From Balamuthia mandrillaris (Eukaryota), in contig JAVKOQ020000025.1 in the NCBI GenBank assembly GCA_031835245.2, positions 310,001 to 331,479 of the forward strand: 21,479 nucleotides of DNA. Direction: 5' to 3'. Below, one piece after another: positions 17,364 to 21,479 of this stretch (positions are counted from its first letter, which is position 1; each line of letters begins with the position of its first letter). Both the position numbers and the translations under genes were made by a program. Under the pieces are notes generated by a model. That model saw nothing but the letters and a program-made list of their open reading frames with translations. It was not told where the DNA came from and did no database searches.

Positions 17364-20300
17364 TGCTGTCCAGGAAGAAGTATGCACCACCATGATTGCA
17401 GTGGACAACTGTGTAAGGGCCAGAGTATTCAGGAAGAGACTTGGGAGACCTGGGAGGCTTGCGTGGCATGACTTTGGAGCCAGTGGAAAATTTGCAAAGT
17501 TATCATCCTTAAGATAACAAAGCTGCAGAAAGCCATGTTAAGCTGGCCTGCAACTCCCTTAACAAGCTCATTAACAGTGGTTGGTCTCACTGGCACACCT
17601 TTCTTCCTGCTGCCCAATATGCAATTAACTAATGTGTCACCCATCATCACAAGTCTTCACCTTTTCCATTGTTCTTTGGTCGCCCAGCTACAATTCTACA
17701 AGACTATCTTCTTCCTCCTTTCAGCTTCCTATCAAAACTCTCCTCTTGAAAAACACCAAGTAAATGCATGATATTGTCTTCTCAGCATCAGCATTTTCTA
17801 CTCAAAAGCACAGCTCCAATTAAGGCTGAACATGATTCTTCTAAGCTGAGATGAAGTGATGCTCAAAGCCAGAGAGTGTCTTGAGAGCTCTGATGAACTC
17901 AGTGCTGTTGTCTAACTGAAGGATATCAGGGAGACCAAAATCAGAGACGACTTGATAGAGGGTGCAGGCCACATCTTTGGCAGTCTTAGTGTGAACTAGG
18001 AGGAGAGAAGTGAACCAGGTAGTGATGTCTATGGGGTCTTTCTGCTCCGTGATGTCCTTTTGTATGGAACAGCTACAGGAGGCATTTCTGTTCAGAGGTG
18101 GAAGGGAGGGTACTAGGGTGCATTGGGCAAGGTTGAGAGCCTTGCTCCTGAACATGATGTACCAATGCTAATTGTTAGGTTCGATCTGGTAAGGGATGCG
18201 ATGGATCCTAGAGAGAAAGCACAGGTGGGTTGGATAAGATGTACTTGAGGGCGTTAAAGGGGTCCTGGCAGTCTTGGTTCTAATGGGACTAGATGTCCTT
18301 GATGTACCAGAGGGCGTTAAGGGGTTGAATGGAGTCCTGCAGCAGTGAGAGTGTGGATAACACAGATAAGGTGCTCGATATGTTCTTCTACACTTTGGGA
18401 AATGACAGCTAGATCATCAATGTAATGGGAAGTGAACTTGGCAATAGCAGCAGTTGTTGATGGGGGATAAACCCTGCAGATCAAGAAAGGGACAGCACAT
18501 AAGTGACTCTGGGTTTATTCACAAGAAAAGAGGTGTGGACCAAAGTGTGCTTTGAGTGTGTCACGAGGAAAAAGGGAAAATAAAAAGGGGTAATAGAATT
18601 TGGGGTATCCAGGGAAAGTGTCCACAGGAAGTCATAATGACACGAATTGTTGGTTTTCCAACACAGTGACAATATTCATGAGGTGCTGGAAGTGTTGTGC
18701 AATGATTTTGATGCCAAAAATGGCGACAACATGTAACAATGACCATTACTTGTGAATGAAGTTTTGACACAGTCTTTAGGAGCACTGGGGCATTGCATGT
18801 AAGACCAGATAAGGTCAAGGGCAGAGGTGATGAAAAAGCCTTGCACTTTGGAGATAATGCTGCAGATAGTAGGGATTGGGTATGTAAGGTCCAAGAGGAA
18901 CTTGTTTAGGAGGCACAGGTTGATGCAGACATGTCACTGGGTAATGTTGCTGTCAGCATCCTTCTTGGGCATGACGGTGAGAAGAGAGTTCCAGGGACTG
19001 TCAAGTGAGGCGAGCATGAAGACACTGGTATGCAGCAGTTCTGCCACTTGCAGATTGATTATGAGCATTAAATGGTGCAGGATAGGGTATTGGTGGCGAA
19101 AGACAGGAGGGTGATCTCCAGTGTCCAGATGGAGAAACACTTCAGGAAGAATACAGGAAGGTCCTGTCAGTGAAGTCTCATTCTCCTGGAGGTATTTCTT
19201 GATGGCTTCCAGAATATGCTTGTGGATGTGTTCCTTGACAGCTTTCACCAAACATTGATGTTGGCATCAGGTGATGTCATGGTCCTTGGAGCAGGGTAGT
19301 GGTTCCTCAGGGTAGTCAATTGCAATGTCTATTATACCCATGCCGGACTTGTGCATGAAGTCATGGCCCAGGATGATCGATTGACTGTCTGGTTGAGAAC
19401 ATGTGATGGAAATGGCGTTTGCTGAAGCCTGGCTCTGTTTCAGCAGCACATGTAGTGGTGGTTTCACAGTGTTCAAGTTTGACCATGTAGTTGGCTTGCT
19501 TGGTTTTGGCACAAACTAAGTCAACAATAGAAGAGTCCATAAAGGAGTGGCTGGCGCCAGAGTCTATGACAGCAGTAACCCGATGGCCATTGATGGTCAT
19601 CAAAGCACAGATAGGGTCGTTGGGTCCAGGCATATTGTTAGTGATGGTGATAAAGTTGAGAGCCTATTGCGACTCATAGAACTTGTCATATTCCTCTTCA
19701 TTGTTGATAGAGTCTTACTGCTCAGCAGCAGGAGCAGGTGTGTTGCTCTGTTATTACATGGAAGCCATGGAGTTGAGGGACCGTGATCTGGGAAATGACT
19801 GGCATGCTGATAGTTGTGCACATATTTGTTGCAGCAGTGTTGACATGGGGTTGCATATTGCAAGAGCAGACGATGAGGCTGATGTTGCAGACATTGCTTG
19901 AGAAGACTGCCATTGTAGCCTGCAGGCCTTTTTTTGGCACTGATCTTCCATATGATGATTACATGTTTTGCAGTGTGCACAAACAGCACCTATTGTGTGG
20001 GGTAATGGTGATTGCTGTTGAGGTGATTTGCTATGACCTTTATCTGTTGAAGAAGGTTGGGGAAACTCTAACTCAATGAGAACTGCAGCTGAAAGCAGCA
20101 ATGACATTTTGTGGCTTATTGCAAGGAGTCTATTGCTTGTACTTCAACTTGATGTGGGGAAGAAGGGCTCATCCAAAGAAAAAGGCTTTGAGGTAATCGT
20201 AGAAGGTGTCAGGAAGATGATTACAAAGTACAGAGTACCAATCAATGAGTTGATGAACACTTTCACCAGGCTTCTGTCAAAACGACATGATGGCCTCTAT

Positions 20301-20810
20301 CATTGTGGCCTCAATGTGTGAAAGTAGTGCTGATGGAAGAGGTCTTGAGTGATGTTCCATAGTTGGTCTTGTAGAGTGCTAATGGCCCAAAGACGTTTGT
20401 CTTCAACAAGGGTGGTGATAAGGGCTTGCATCCATCTATCCTCAGGGTAGTTATAGGTGTTAAGGTGATACTCCAGTTCCATGGTATGAAGAGCAGGGTC
20501 CTGGCGCTTGCTGACGTCAAACTTAGGTAGTCTGGGGGGAAGGCAAGGCATTTTCTTCTAAGTAGAAGGGGAAGGAGTAGTTGTGTTGTTCTGTGTTTCT
20601 GGAACAGAGGCAATGTGTGTGCTGTTGAAAGCAGTTGTGTTGTTGACAGAAATATCAACAGGAGAGGGTGAACTCAAATGAGGTGACTGTATGGGAAAGA
20701 TCTGTAGAACAGGCAAGGGAGAAAAGACAGCAGCAGCAGTACTGTTGAATGTGGAAGGCCTAGTGTGGTTGAGGTGAATGTTGACAAAGTGGTCTATACA
20801 CTGTTGTGTT
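17364..20810 (-). mobile_element. Decayed Ty3/Gypsy LTR retrotransposon internal region (gag-PR-RT-IN)
   Basis: gag LPKFD...DP (about 20300-20550), Zn knuckle CAHCKTCNHHMEDQC, protease AVIDSGASHSF (about 19560), RT SPWNS..KKD and YIDD (18424-18413), integrase FGLPDILQLDNSTEF, and YSGPYTVV..GGAY. Many stops and frameshifts; RNase H not found. Confidence 0.9.
18455..18663 (-). mobile_element. Solo LTR, family B (209 bp), inserted in the Gypsy RT
   Basis: Termini TGTTG...CAACA, 4-bp TSD CAGT, and AATAAA on the minus strand. Removing it restores FQHLMNIVTAAIAKFTSHYIDDL in frame. Confidence 0.9.
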
Positions 20811-21250
20811 TACTCACCACTTTCTTCAAACCACAGTCCTAGCTACTTTACCTCCTTAACACATTTCATAGCTTCTCCACTCTTGAAAGTGAGCCTTTTT
20901 TCCTTATAGTAGCACCACTAATTTCTTTGCATTGAACTGAAGTCCCAGAGCATTCACTGTCTCCACTGCCACATTTAAAAGGATCAACAGCCACCACAAA
21001 TCATCTTCAAACATTCCTTGCTTTATCTCCTCTTTCCTTCTCCTCTGTTACTTGTAGCTTTCTTGCCATCACATCAATATACACATTGAACAAGAAGGGA
21101 TACAAAACTCCTCCCTCTTTTTACCAGAAATTCCTTAGAGAGCTGCCTATCTATGCAAATAACACTTATCATACCATGGTACCACTCTGCAATGATGCTC
21201 GCTGCTGCTTCTTCTGCTCCTTTTTTGTGTGATGTCCTTGCAAGGACAAA
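20811..21250 (-). pseudogene. Decayed LINE RT fragment
   Basis: Reverse complement aligns to about 10825-11315 (LARTSHKKGAEEAAASIIAEWYHGM); the FADD region is damaged by a deletion. Confidence 0.9.
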
Positions 21251-21289
21251 GTGGGACATCTCATCATAGCTCCCATCCTCTTTAACTAT

Positions 21290-21479
21290 TAGCACACCTT
21301 CAGAGACTCAGGTACATCTCACTCTTTCATCTCTTCAGCAGTAGCAGAAAAATATCTCTACCCAGCATACTGTGAACACCATCACACCTTCATCTCCCAC
21401 ATCCACAACATGGAGATCATGTTAGGTAGCAGGTCCACCACTCATGTTACCTGCTGTGCAGCACATATTCAATCAACTG
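21290..21479 (+). pseudogene. Retroelement aspartic-protease fragment (runs off the window)
   Basis: Frame from 21305 reads DSGTSHSFISSAVAEK, similar to DSGASHSFMDS in the Gypsy element. Confidence 0.6.

Noticed and set aside
17364..20810. Assigning LTR family A or B as this Gypsy element's own LTRs
   Set aside because: B is inserted inside its RT with a TSD, and A abuts the integrase in the opposite orientation. The element's own ends are not visible.

Overview
This is eukaryotic nuclear DNA with short GT-AG introns, probably from a microbial eukaryote (amoeba-like is a guess). The left part holds an intact 14-exon Ku80 gene (1377-4671, minus strand, 754 aa by my splice model). Ku80 is closely bracketed by remnants of one Fanzor2/IS607-TnpB-like RNA-guided nuclease family (1-420, 1211-1281, 4794-5475), and one remnant is a scrambled mosaic. 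The middle holds a spliced P-loop NTPase + PD-(D/E)xK nuclease gene of Crinkler/CR-effector-like architecture. It is cleanly split by a young, apparently intact APE-type LINE with a 12-bp TSD, ORF1/ORF2 overlapping at ATGA, and a (TAC)n tail. The right part (13.56-21.48 kb) is a CpG-depleted nest of decayed transposons: a Ty3/Gypsy element with an internal inversion, two short LTR families including two solo LTRs with 4-bp TSDs, and five fragments of the same LINE family, all antisense to the intact copy. I found no intact novel system. The best leads are the Fanzor2-Ku80 arrangement and the interrupted NTPase-nuclease gene. All alignments were done by eye, so boundaries may be off by a few nt.
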